A stretch of DNA of 64,000 nt from a virus (IMGVR_UViG_3300020576_002947:1-64000); one strand, 5' to 3'; positions 47,039-56,948 are shown, counted from the stretch's first letter. Translations and numbers: made by a program. Notes: generated by a model from the sequence alone, not told the origin.

Positions 47039-48141
47039 TTTCTAATAACCCGTACGCACAAGACAATACGAAAAATGTGCAACAAATAATCTCTGCAGAT
47101 AATGGACAGTTTTATGAAAACTATCTTAATGAAGTAGAGAAACTTGAAGACAAGAACAAGAAGAGGAAAGGTCCATCACTACAATGGATCGTAGAACACG
47201 AGCCTATTACTGGCCCCTTCCTGCCCTTTGTAGGGGTCTCTTCGTTATGTAAGGCCCTAAGTGACTACGACTCTGGTTTGCTTCTAATAGCAGGCCATGC
47301 TAACGCTGGTAAGAGTACTTTCATGGTTCATACCATGATGGACTTAATTTTTAATCCATTAAATACAGATCTAGTTGTTATTGACCTTTCTCTTGATGAC
47401 CCAATGGGTAAGAGATGGGAGCAGTATGTAGCTAATAGATCTGGGCTTTGTTATAGTGATATCCACCAAATGGGTGCAATGAGCCCTTATGTTGTGAAGT
47501 CATATTACCACGCAAGAGACTCTATTCTGGAAATGATTAAGCAAGGCAGGTTCTGGCCTTTAAATGCTTATCACAGCATTAGAGACGTAAAGGGTGATTA
47601 TAGGACCATGAACATTGGTACCTATACCTCCTTTGAGAGGCTCTTAAAGGGAGCAAGAGAGAAGTTTCCTAACCCAGATACTAAGATTGTAATCTTCGTT
47701 GATGCTTGGCAGGATGTTAAACTCTCTGCTACTGAAATGTACCAAATAGATGAGTACATTAGGGAACTTGCACAGTTAGCTCATAAGCTTGAGATAATGA
47801 TTGTAGGATCAGCCCACTTTAGAAAGCTAGGTGCTAAGTCCGAACCTGAGCCCGAAGACATCAGAGGATCATTAGAAGTTCACTACGCTGCTTCAGCAAC
47901 GTTCATTCTAAGAAACGACTATAAAGAAAATCCTGACAACTTCCTTAGGGCTGAAGAGGATGACTTTACAGGACCAATTATCAGACTAGAGGTACCAAAG
48001 AATAAAGTATCTATCGAAGATAGAACTATGTTCTATGGATTAGAGTCTGGCAGATGTCAACTATATCCATTCACAAGTAGTCAGTACGCTAAGTATGTTG
48101 ACTCTTGGGAAACACTTAAGAAGGACCGTCGTAAGAGATAG
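47035..48141 (+). CDS. DnaB-like replicative helicase
   Basis: GHANAGKST, IFVD, AH..K, DIRGS, KNK. Confidence 0.88.
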   Translation: MISNNPYAQDNTKNVQQIISADNGQFYENYLNEVEKLEDKNKKRKGPSLQWIVEHEPITGPFLPFVGVSSLCKALSDYDSGLLLIAGHANAGKSTFMVHTMMDLIFNPLNTDLVVIDLSLDDPMGKRWEQYVANRSGLCYSDIHQMGAMSPYVVKSYYHARDSILEMIKQGRFWPLNAYHSIRDVKGDYRTMNIGTYTSFERLLKGAREKFPNPDTKIVIFVDAWQDVKLSATEMYQIDEYIRELAQLAHKLEIMIVGSAHFRKLGAKSEPEPEDIRGSLEVHYAASATFILRNDYKENPDNFLRAEEDDFTGPIIRLEVPKNKVSIEDRTMFYGLESGRCQLYPFTSSQYAKYVDSWETLKKDRRKR

Positions 48142-48143
48142 TT

Positions 48144-48584
48144 ATGTACACAATCTATAAGAAAGATCTATTACCTAGTGAAGATTTGTTAGAAATAATC
48201 TTCTCAATTAATCATACAACAGCAATAAAGAAACTTAGAGAGATTAGAGACAATCTAGTTTCTTTAACCAAAGATGTCATCTTAGATAGTGAGGATTGGG
48301 CTTTGCATGAAAGGCCTGAAGGAACTCCTATTGAGATCAATATTACTTATGACAACTATATTGCATATGCTTCAGGACTTCTAGCTTTATGTGAAGCACT
48401 AGAAGATCCTCTCTATAAAGCTGAATTTGAAGCTGCTGGGGATAACCTAGCTGAGAACGTCAAAATTACTCAGAAGGAAAAGGAGGTCTTTGCTAGATCT
48501 GCTGTGTCATCAGTAAAGTCAGCTGCAAAGCTACTATCAGCTAGAGTTAGTATTCTAAGATCAGGTAAAGATGTATTTAGATAA
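48144..48584 (+). CDS. hypothetical protein
   Basis: ORF. Confidence 0.75.
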   Translation: MYTIYKKDLLPSEDLLEIIFSINHTTAIKKLREIRDNLVSLTKDVILDSEDWALHERPEGTPIEINITYDNYIAYASGLLALCEALEDPLYKAEFEAAGDNLAENVKITQKEKEVFARSAVSSVKSAAKLLSARVSILRSGKDVFR

Positions 48585-49109
48585 ATGAAAACAGTTACTA
48601 GGTTTGATCAGAGTTATTTTCTACCCTCACTCTCAAATGAGTATAGTAATTTTACTGTTTATTATCGTCAATCTGATATAGATAAACAGAAGAAGCTAGT
48701 TAAAGTAAATAATATTGCTGCCCCAGCAGCAGGTCATATGCATCCTTATCTTCATATTAAAGTTCTAGATGAAAATAAATCTTTGTACCCAGTTTATAAA
48801 CATCTTGAAATGCACACATGCCACTATGAGTTTGCTTTGAACGAAAGATTTTTATTTATTAAGAATAAAATAAAGAATCTTGGTGTTGCTGGTTTAAGTG
48901 TTAGGATCTATTGTTCTCTGATTCATATCCATAGTCGGTATAGAGATATGGACTATGCTTGTATTGACCTAGACAAAGGGATCATTACTTATTACAAGCC
49001 TGACAAAGAGACGCCAAGATCAAAGTATATATTCAGTTTATTAGACGGAGTCTTAGAAGAAGCTAAAAATATTTTTGGCTATAACTACTGTACTATAGTA
49101 TGTATGTAA
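48585..49109 (+). CDS. hypothetical protein, variant tag VCM
   Basis: Starts MKTVTR, ends YNYCTIVCM. Confidence 0.75.
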   Translation: MKTVTRFDQSYFLPSLSNEYSNFTVYYRQSDIDKQKKLVKVNNIAAPAAGHMHPYLHIKVLDENKSLYPVYKHLEMHTCHYEFALNERFLFIKNKIKNLGVAGLSVRIYCSLIHIHSRYRDMDYACIDLDKGIITYYKPDKETPRSKYIFSLLDGVLEEAKNIFGYNYCTIVCM

Positions 49110-49110
49110 G

Positions 49111-49692
49111 ATGAAAACCTTAACTCGAGATCTACCTAATGATATTAATACTAACTTTTTTGAAGGCTTTTCTTCTACTATTGTAATAGGCACTAACAAT
49201 TATACAACTAAACAACTAAGAAATTGGAATTATAATGGTAAAGGCTTAGTAAGTGCAGTTTATAGTTATAATACAGGTATTTATTTAAATGATGCAAATC
49301 CAATTACTACGATGGGTTATCTTAGTAAAGTTCATACAAATCCTTCTGCTTCTCATAACTTTACCGAAGGTTACGTTTTTACAAACAGGCTGGCAAAGTA
49401 CCTAAAAGAAAACAAAGATGTTTGTCAGAAATTAGGATTAAAAACTACAGACCTGCTAGTTCAATCCAGATCTGTTTATAACAAAGGCCTTAAAGATAAT
49501 TTTGTAATAGTATATAAAAATAATTCAGCAAGACAATCATTATTAGTTTTTGAATCAAATAAGAGAACAGTAAGACTAATAGTTACTGACGAGTTACATA
49601 AAAAGTATAAGGATGAGTTAGAAAAAATACTTGACCAAATAATAGGATTAACTAAATACCTTTATTCTTACTCAGCGATAGTTGCAATATGA
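49111..49692 (+). CDS. hypothetical protein, degenerate tag VAI
   Basis: Starts MKTLTR, ends YSYSAIVAI. Confidence 0.75.
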   Translation: MKTLTRDLPNDINTNFFEGFSSTIVIGTNNYTTKQLRNWNYNGKGLVSAVYSYNTGIYLNDANPITTMGYLSKVHTNPSASHNFTEGYVFTNRLAKYLKENKDVCQKLGLKTTDLLVQSRSVYNKGLKDNFVIVYKNNSARQSLLVFESNKRTVRLIVTDELHKKYKDELEKILDQIIGLTKYLYSYSAIVAI

Positions 49693-50165
49693 AAGAAGAG
49701 TTCTGGAAGGTTTCTGAGAGAAAGGTTAGAGAGGCACTACGGCCTTACTTCAAAACAATGGCTACCCCAGGTAGTGGAAACAAAGGTCTTAAGAGCGATG
49801 TTCTTCTATGTGACAGTGACATAGCTGTTGAAGTAAAGTCTACTATTAATACAGATCATTTTACTATTGAAAGTAAATGGTTTGTAAAGCTTCTAGGTTA
49901 CTACTATGGAAAGAAGACACCTATGTTTGCCTTTACCTGGTGGCCTGATGGTATGGTTTTTTATTGTTTAGAAGATTATACCTTTATTACAAGTAGAGAA
50001 GAACAGTGGAAGACATTAAAGGTTAAAGGCGATCCTTTAAGTACTGATGATTTTCCTGATACTATTATTATAGACTTACTTCAAAACAAGCTATTTGCCC
50101 ATAAAATGAGATTTGTTTTTAAGAAAGTTACAAACGCAGCAGAAACTAAAAATTATGAGCCTTAA
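49689..50165 (+). CDS. PD-(D/E)XK nuclease, probable Holliday junction resolvase
   Basis: E..V, TPGSG...KSDV, VEVKS. Confidence 0.8.
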   Translation: MKEEFWKVSERKVREALRPYFKTMATPGSGNKGLKSDVLLCDSDIAVEVKSTINTDHFTIESKWFVKLLGYYYGKKTPMFAFTWWPDGMVFYCLEDYTFITSREEQWKTLKVKGDPLSTDDFPDTIIIDLLQNKLFAHKMRFVFKKVTNAAETKNYEP

Positions 50166-51165
50166 AAGTATAACTCTGGAAGATCTTGGTGAGCACATAG
50201 GAACTAAAGGTCAGTCTGAACTCTATGAGTGTCCTAATTGTGGTCATAAGGTTCATGTAAACTTAGAACTAGGTCTTTTAAACTGCTTCTTTTGTGGTTT
50301 TGGTAAGGGTCTTATTCTTAAAGGGTACTCGAATACTAATCTCGTTAAGAGAGAGTACAACAAATTTCTTCCTGAGTTTACTAATAAGCTTCTACCGCAC
50401 CTTAGCCTTCTACCTTACGAAAGAAAGTTTGTGGAAGGAAAAGGTATTCTAGATCCTAGTCGGTTTAATATCTGTAGTATACCAACAGATATCAGAACTA
50501 TTTTAAAAGATGTTTTTGGTGATGAAATCTATAACTACAACATTCTCTCTAAGACTGGCGGACTCCCTGCAGTTTTAAAGCCAGGAAGAGTATTTATTCC
50601 TTACTATGGTTTTAAGAGTAAACCATCACTAGTCTCATTTAAAACTAGATCTACTCCGTATTTAGATGCTGTTGCTGGAGACTACGATAGTATTAGGTAC
50701 TTAGCTCCTAAGGATAGTATTCATTATAATTATCTATATAAACCTACGAAGATTCCGAAAACAGATTCTGTAATAATTACAGAAGGCGAGTTTAAAACTA
50801 TTGTTTGTAATCAATTTAACTATCCATGTTTAGGATTACCTGGTATAGGTATTGCTAAACCACTAGAAAATATAATATTAAAATTAGCTGAACAGGTTAG
50901 TTATTTGTATTTGATTCTAGACTCTGACCAAAACACTTTTAATTTTTCAGGAGCTATTAAACAGTATATTAAATTTGGAAAGGTACTGAATATAATTCCA
51001 GTTCTTCTTCCCTTAGAAGGTAGTACTAAAATGGGTCTAGATGACTACTTACTAAGTCACTCGTTACAAGACTTTGATGAGCTGCTTGAGGAGTTTAGAA
51101 TGAAGAAACAACACTACATGAAATCTTTTGAAGAGACATATGCACCCAATCCTAGAAGAGATTAG
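50155..51165 (+). CDS. DNA primase (Zn finger plus TOPRIM)
   Basis: CPNC..CFFC, ITEGEFK, LDSD, GLDD. Confidence 0.88.
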   Translation: MSLKSITLEDLGEHIGTKGQSELYECPNCGHKVHVNLELGLLNCFFCGFGKGLILKGYSNTNLVKREYNKFLPEFTNKLLPHLSLLPYERKFVEGKGILDPSRFNICSIPTDIRTILKDVFGDEIYNYNILSKTGGLPAVLKPGRVFIPYYGFKSKPSLVSFKTRSTPYLDAVAGDYDSIRYLAPKDSIHYNYLYKPTKIPKTDSVIITEGEFKTIVCNQFNYPCLGLPGIGIAKPLENIILKLAEQVSYLYLILDSDQNTFNFSGAIKQYIKFGKVLNIIPVLLPLEGSTKMGLDDYLLSHSLQDFDELLEEFRMKKQHYMKSFEETYAPNPRRD

Positions 51166-52129
51166 TACATTTTTAGGCAACAAAAAATTAACACATACTT
51201 ATCTACCACCAAGAGGTAAGACAGAATCGAATAGATTTGACATCTTATTTGGTAAGGATTTAAAGCATTCATTTACTCATGACACTAGTTTAACACCAGA
51301 AGAGTTTTTTAAATCTTATTGGGAATTAAGAATTAGCGAGTGCAAAGACTGTGTTCTTTATAAGACCAGGAACCATGTGGTTTATCCTGACGGTCATTTC
51401 AATGCTCCTATTATGGTAGTCTTAGAAGGGCCTGGCTTCCTAGAGGACCTAAGTAAGACCCCGCTAGTATCTGCTTTAGAACTTAGAAATAGTCACTGTA
51501 ATTCATGTGAAAAGATTCATCAATGCTACTCTTCAAGACTTATCCAAACTGGAAAGATCTGGCCTATTGATAAGAAGAAGGCTGTGGTTTGTGAACCTAA
51601 ATATGTAGACGACGGGAACTTTTTAGGTGTACAAAAGTACATTAGATCTACTGGTACTATTGTAGACGGAATTCTACTAGATTTGTATGGTCTTAAGTAT
51701 CCTAGGTATAGCTGGAATCGAGAGATTCAGACAAGCCCTTGGTTTATAACTAACGTAGCACTTTGTAGATCCTGGAATCAACTCTCGTTTGATGACGAAA
51801 CACCACACGAGTCTTCGTTAAGAGAGTGTTTCAAATGGTTTGTTTTATCTTATTTTACAGTAAAGCCTAAGGTTACTATAGTACTAGGTCGTGTTGCTGG
51901 TAGAGCAATTCTTAGTATACCTAAACAAAAACTATCTAAAGAACTAAACCCTAATCAAATCTACGACAGTGCTTTTGGTAAGGTAATTTATAATACGCAC
52001 CCAGCACATATTATGCGTAGTTCAAGTGAGGAAGTTAAAGCCTCTCTTTACGCAAGATTAGGTGCTACATTTAGAATAGGACTTGAAGAAGCTGGACTAG
52101 AGATTAGGACAGACAGAATAATAGTATGA
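51140..52129 (+). CDS. uracil-DNA glycosylase family 4-like
   Basis: C..C.L...R..VV, EGPG..ED, TNV..CR, LGR.A, HPA. Confidence 0.85.
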   Translation: MHPILEEISTFLGNKKLTHTYLPPRGKTESNRFDILFGKDLKHSFTHDTSLTPEEFFKSYWELRISECKDCVLYKTRNHVVYPDGHFNAPIMVVLEGPGFLEDLSKTPLVSALELRNSHCNSCEKIHQCYSSRLIQTGKIWPIDKKKAVVCEPKYVDDGNFLGVQKYIRSTGTIVDGILLDLYGLKYPRYSWNREIQTSPWFITNVALCRSWNQLSFDDETPHESSLRECFKWFVLSYFTVKPKVTIVLGRVAGRAILSIPKQKLSKELNPNQIYDSAFGKVIYNTHPAHIMRSSSEEVKASLYARLGATFRIGLEEAGLEIRTDRIIV

Positions 52130-52719
52130 AATTAAAAGCAGTTCACAATTATATTTTAGCAAAGCAACTACCGATGCCTGAAGGAATCTTCCTTCCTCCA
52201 AACACTGTGCAGCAGTGGGTAGAAATTATTTCAGTAGGCCCAGGAACTTATAGTCCATACGGTAAGTTAATACCATTGCCCTTTAAAGAAGGTGATATTG
52301 TCTGTGCTATGAGGCACGGAATGGTTGGACTAAAGTCGTATGAAAAGATTCTAACTGAAGATCAAGTATTTCTTATTGTCGAGTTTGATGTTATGGCAGT
52401 TTTAACAAATAAAGAATTAGGTGAAATCTCACCTTTATATAATAACCTACTTATCGAGCCTGATACAAATGAAGTAGAAACTGAGTCTGGGTTGTTACTA
52501 CCTGAACGAAGGGCTACTCCTATTAATACAGGCACTGTTATCAAGCTAGGCACAGGATGGATTAATGCTGATGGAAGTATTATTCCCTGGCAAGTAGCTG
52601 CAGGTGATAGAGTATTCTACGATCCTTCAAGAACAATGAAGGTTGATTTGAAGACATTTGGTATTGATAAACAGTACCTTCTAGTAAGCCATTCTGATAT
52701 TATGGCTATAATTGAGTAA
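52126..52719 (+). CDS. co-chaperonin with two tandem GroES domains
   Basis: Two units: GIFLP..VGPG..GD.V..DVMA and PL..ESGLLLP..G.G..GD.V..DIMAII. Confidence 0.88.
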   Translation: MKLKAVHNYILAKQLPMPEGIFLPPNTVQQWVEIISVGPGTYSPYGKLIPLPFKEGDIVCAMRHGMVGLKSYEKILTEDQVFLIVEFDVMAVLTNKELGEISPLYNNLLIEPDTNEVETESGLLLPERRATPINTGTVIKLGTGWINADGSIIPWQVAAGDRVFYDPSRTMKVDLKTFGIDKQYLLVSHSDIMAIIE

Positions 52720-52724
52720 TTATT

Positions 52725-53282
52725 ATGACAGTTATTGGATTTTCAGGAAAACTGCGTAGCGGTAAAACTACAGCAGCTAACTTCCTACAAGAGCATCTAG
52801 AGAGTTTAGGCTATAAGGTTGGAAGAATTTCTTTTGCCAAAGAGCTTAAGGATGAAGTCTGGAATGTTCTTCTTAAAGACTGGAATGTTCCACGAGAACA
52901 TTTAGACGATCCTGACCATAAAGAGATGTATCGTCCTCTCTTAGTTTGGTATGGTAATGACTTTATTCGAAGAATGGACTATGACCATTGGACAAGAATT
53001 GTTCAAGAGAAGTTTGCTTCAGTAGAATACCAAAGATACGATTTTGTTATTAATGATGATACAAGATTTTGGAACGAAGCTGAACTAATCGAACGATGGG
53101 GAACGCTGTTTCGACTAACTAGGAATAGTAACAACTATTCTAACGACCACTCTTCTGAGACTGACCTAGATATGTATAAGTTTGAACATATGCTTATCAA
53201 TGCAGGAACAATGGAAGAGTTAAAACAAACGGTGATTACTACCGTAGCTTCGATAGTTTTAGGAAAACATAATGCAAGATAA
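52725..53282 (+). CDS. deoxynucleoside monophosphate kinase
   Basis: GFSGKLRSGKTT, FA..LK, DTRF.NE, HSSE. Confidence 0.9.
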   Translation: MTVIGFSGKLRSGKTTAANFLQEHLESLGYKVGRISFAKELKDEVWNVLLKDWNVPREHLDDPDHKEMYRPLLVWYGNDFIRRMDYDHWTRIVQEKFASVEYQRYDFVINDDTRFWNEAELIERWGTLFRLTRNSNNYSNDHSSETDLDMYKFEHMLINAGTMEELKQTVITTVASIVLGKHNAR

Positions 53283-53439
53283 CAAGACAATTAAATACTT
53301 TATCGGTTTATTCTTCGTACTTATCGCTTTTGGCGTTATAGCTGATGCAATTCATCTAATAAGAACAGAAGAGATCCGACATGATTTACTAGAAATCAAG
53401 ATTCGACTCAATATGATCGCTACAAATCGTGATAAGTAG
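53272..53439 (+). CDS. small membrane protein (55 aa), not in the ORF track
   Basis: MQDNKTIKYFIGLFFVLIAFGVIADA... one TM helix; fills the gap. Confidence 0.6.
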   Translation: MQDNKTIKYFIGLFFVLIAFGVIADAIHLIRTEEIRHDLLEIKIRLNMIATNRDK

Positions 53440-54388
53440 AATTGTAATCAGTAACTTTAAGAATATAGGTGATATTTCATTAGATTTATCACCTACTATT
53501 AATTCTTTTATTGGTAGCAATGGTTCTGGTAAATCCTCAGCTATTTGGAAATCTACCAAGTTAGTTCTAAGAAATGAAAACTGGGCTTTCACCAAAGTAA
53601 AAAGAGGTGCGTCTAAGAGCACTATTACTATTGAATCCCCAACTTTTAGTATACAACGTAGTAGAAGTAAGTCTACTAGTACTGTTATTCTGAATGGTAC
53701 AGAGTACTTAAAAAAGACTGATCTTGAAAGTAATTTTAAAGCTTTAGGTTTCTATGATTACACTATCAGTGGGAAGCCATACAACTTTCATTTTCTTAAA
53801 GCAAGTGATATATTTGAGTATCTTCCTAGATCTTCTGAAGGCTTATACTTAAAGCTGGCAGGAGTCTTTAGTTACTCAAGAATATCTCAGTCAAGAAAAG
53901 ACTGTAAGAAGCACCTAGCTAAATACAAAGGCGAATCAGAAGTTCTTGGAACCACTATAAATGAGAACAAAGACTTAAAGGTTACTAAGTTAGATAAGCT
54001 TAGTAACTTACTTTCTCGTAAGCATAGATTAATTAATTATATAGAAAAACTAAAACTAGCAAACACTTGTAAAGATAGTTTATCTAAGATACAGGATCTT
54101 ATTAACTTAAAAGACTTCTTAAAAAGTGAACTACAGCAAAGAGATGAGTATATCAAACTACAACTTATCTCAGAGTTAAAAACATCTATTAAGGAACTAA
54201 TCTATTTAAGACATAGAATTAATCTTTTAAAGCTTCAACGATCCTCTGCTAGTATTGATAATATTACGCAAAAGATTACTCAGTTGATAGATAAAAAAGA
54301 TGACTTGGTTGCAATTCAAACTACTTACTGGGAACTTGAAAAACTTATACCTAGATGTGAGACATGCGGAAGACCTTTGGATTCATAA
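53429..54388 (+). CDS. SbcC/Rad50-like ATPase, N-terminal half
   Basis: I.NFK, GSNGSGKSS Walker A, coiled coil, terminal CETC zinc hook. Confidence 0.88.
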   Translation: MISRIVISNFKNIGDISLDLSPTINSFIGSNGSGKSSAIWKSTKLVLRNENWAFTKVKRGASKSTITIESPTFSIQRSRSKSTSTVILNGTEYLKKTDLESNFKALGFYDYTISGKPYNFHFLKASDIFEYLPRSSEGLYLKLAGVFSYSRISQSRKDCKKHLAKYKGESEVLGTTINENKDLKVTKLDKLSNLLSRKHRLINYIEKLKLANTCKDSLSKIQDLINLKDFLKSELQQRDEYIKLQLISELKTSIKELIYLRHRINLLKLQRSSASIDNITQKITQLIDKKDDLVAIQTTYWELEKLIPRCETCGRPLDS

Positions 54389-55278
54389 CTGACCTTCATT
54401 TAACATGTAAAAGTCCTAAAGCTATAGGTTATCCAGACTTTCTAGGATGGCAACTAGAATTACTTGACAAAGTTTTAGACATCTACCAAGTTCAAGGAAT
54501 CCATGAGATTCTTCTTGGTGGCGATATCTTTCATAAGTATACCGAGTTACAGTCTGAAGATATTAACAGAGTAGCAGAATGCTTTGAGAAAAGGAATGAT
54601 ATGCTATTCTATACTATCTATGGAAACCACGACTTAAAGGGTGATTCTGTAGATCCTAAAGAACTGAAAAAGACAAGTCTAGGAGTACTGCTAAAGGTTT
54701 GTGAAAACTTATTCTGTTTAGAATCTTGCTATGCTAGTAACTATAGCGTAAAAGGTATTTCATGGAATACAGAATTGTTCCATAGATTTATGGGTAATGA
54801 TGTAACATTGCCTTACTCAGATATTTATCTTGTACATGCACCTGTCACTAAAGATGGAAAGTATTCGGTTAGTTTGAATATGTTTAACTACAATCAAAAT
54901 AACATGAGACTAGTCCTTCTTGGTGATCAGCATGGAGGTATTAGACCTACAACTCATAATGGTGTTGTATATTATAATCCAGGAGCCTTTGGCAAGCTTG
55001 CTGTTAGTGATGATTTGAACTTAATTGTTCCTATTATCAGTTTAGATCCTACAATAGAAATAGAAGAGATCGATCTTCCTGTTCAGCTATCTTTTGATAA
55101 CTATATCAAAAAGCCTAAGAAAACTAAAATAATAAAAAGCTTATCCTCAATGCTAGATACTATTGAAAACATTTCTGATGAAGAACGTGTTAAAGCAGTA
55201 GGAATTAAAGAAGGTTTTGACCCATGTTATATTCAAAAAACCCTAGACTATATGAACATAGGTTCTGGGACGAAATAA
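54364..55278 (+). CDS. SbcD/Mre11-like metallophosphoesterase nuclease
   Basis: DLH, GDIF, GNHD, GD.H, NPG. Confidence 0.9.
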   Translation: MRKTFGFITDLHLTCKSPKAIGYPDFLGWQLELLDKVLDIYQVQGIHEILLGGDIFHKYTELQSEDINRVAECFEKRNDMLFYTIYGNHDLKGDSVDPKELKKTSLGVLLKVCENLFCLESCYASNYSVKGISWNTELFHRFMGNDVTLPYSDIYLVHAPVTKDGKYSVSLNMFNYNQNNMRLVLLGDQHGGIRPTTHNGVVYYNPGAFGKLAVSDDLNLIVPIISLDPTIEIEEIDLPVQLSFDNYIKKPKKTKIIKSLSSMLDTIENISDEERVKAVGIKEGFDPCYIQKTLDYMNIGSGTK

Positions 55279-55296
55279 AAGCAGAAGATTACTATA

Positions 55297-55557
55297 ATGA
55301 CACAACCGAGTTTAACAACAATTACTCAGAATATCAAGGACTTGGAAACGGAGATAATCGTAGCCGAGACACAATTACTAAACCTTTTAAAAACTTTGGA
55401 TACAGAATTGTTAAGCCCGTTGATAAATCTAGAAATTCCGATAAGCTCACTGAGCGTAACCGAATTGTTCGAGCTTATGAAGAATCTAGAGAACTTAAAA
55501 CCAAGTCAGGAGAGTCTAAATGAACTCTCAGAATTGATTGAGAATGATCAGCCTTAA
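55297..55557 (+). CDS. small coiled-coil protein
   Basis: Leu-rich heptad pattern. Confidence 0.6.
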   Translation: MTQPSLTTITQNIKDLETEIIVAETQLLNLLKTLDTELLSPLINLEIPISSLSVTELFELMKNLENLKPSQESLNELSELIENDQP

Positions 55558-56170
55558 GAATGCCCAAGAGCAATTATCTGCAACTGATCTAGACATCAGA
55601 GTACTACGCTTAGAAATTGATAAGATAGAAAGCTTAGTTAATCAACTAAAAGCTAAGCATACTATACTATTAAAAGAGCAGGAGGATCTAACTAAAGTTT
55701 ACGAACTTCTTACAAAGAGCTTAAGTACTTTCAAACAAGACTGCGTAGCAATTAGTAAGTTTGTAACTGATGGTTATAATGAAATCTTTCCAAACGACTA
55801 TGAGTTTACGTTTAACTTTATCGAAGATGCTGATGGAAACATACAATCGATAAAAGCTATTCTAGCTAAGAACGGAACGATTAATGAAGATCTTTCCGAA
55901 GATCTCGGAGATGCTGAGTACATTATAGGTTGTTTCCTAATATTCTTAGCATGTTTCATCAAGATAGTACCTCCTCATGCAAGAGTCATTTTTTGTGATG
56001 AAATATTAAGTTCTTTAGATAGTAATGCTTGGAGTCAAGTAGGAAAGATGCTAGAGGACTACTGTAAAACATATGGTGTTCAAATAAATATGACTACTCA
56101 CTTTCCTGCAACATTTGGTAAAACTTTTAAAATGAATGACGGCTCAGTAGAGGCTGTATATGATTATTAA
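55544..56170 (+). CDS. SbcC/Rad50-like ATPase, C-terminal half
   Basis: Coiled coil, degenerate signature, Walker B IFCDE, D-loop SSLD, H-loop TTH. Confidence 0.82.
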   Translation: MISLKNAQEQLSATDLDIRVLRLEIDKIESLVNQLKAKHTILLKEQEDLTKVYELLTKSLSTFKQDCVAISKFVTDGYNEIFPNDYEFTFNFIEDADGNIQSIKAILAKNGTINEDLSEDLGDAEYIIGCFLIFLACFIKIVPPHARVIFCDEILSSLDSNAWSQVGKMLEDYCKTYGVQINMTTHFPATFGKTFKMNDGSVEAVYDY

Positions 56171-56948
56171 GACAGATGATTTTATTACAGCTTCGGCTGC
56201 GTACGGATCGATTTCACACTCAAAGTATAATAAAACTATTTATTTTGAAAGTGATAATCCAGTTATTTCTTTGTTTAACTATGTTAAAGAAAAGCCTTTG
56301 ACATCAATGACAGTGGATCTGCATAAGATCCATAACTCTAAGTACAATCTTTTGTGCTGGTCTGATCTTATATCAGAATCTAAAAAGCACATGGAGGAGT
56401 TAAAGCCTGACTATAATGCAAACTTCTCCATACCTCAAAGAGTAGCCTCTACTCTTAAGGCTAGGACAAGAAAACTTAACACTGACTATAACTTCATTCC
56501 TATCTTTGATTTACCTGATTACAAAGGTAGTATTGAGGCTGAAGACTTTCTATTGTGCAGTAGTAAAGAGTGTTATGAACAAGCATACCCAGCTATTAGA
56601 GTGTGGGGAATGCAAGATATTAAACTGGTCTTTGTTAATGAAATCTCAGTTGAAACTATCAAACTAAGTAGCTCTCCTCAATGTAAAGGCTTTGTAGGCT
56701 TTGCAGATAATTGGATAGTTCCTTTGGCGTGTAAAGGGTACTACGTAGTACAGGATACGCCGAAAGTTAAGCCTTTCTTCTTTAGCGACCTCAACAGAGT
56801 AAATCTTAATACATCTTTTCTAGGCATAAATATTCAGTGGCCTGACAGCTACATTACTCTCAAGTATGAAACTTACAAGAACATGGTTAAATACAACTAT
56901 GATCATGTCAAGTACTTGAGAGCACTTTATGCAAAGACAGATCCCTAG
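56160..56948 (+). CDS. hypothetical protein
   Basis: ORF. Confidence 0.75.
   Translation: MIIKTDDFITASAAYGSISHSKYNKTIYFESDNPVISLFNYVKEKPLTSMTVDLHKIHNSKYNLLCWSDLISESKKHMEELKPDYNANFSIPQRVASTLKARTRKLNTDYNFIPIFDLPDYKGSIEAEDFLLCSSKECYEQAYPAIRVWGMQDIKLVFVNEISVETIKLSSSPQCKGFVGFADNWIVPLACKGYYVVQDTPKVKPFFFSDLNRVNLNTSFLGINIQWPDSYITLKYETYKNMVKYNYDHVKYLRALYAKTDP

Noticed and set aside
55224-55523. Alternative-frame 99-aa ORF
   Set aside because: It overlaps sbcD and the more plausible coiled-coil ORF 55297-55557.
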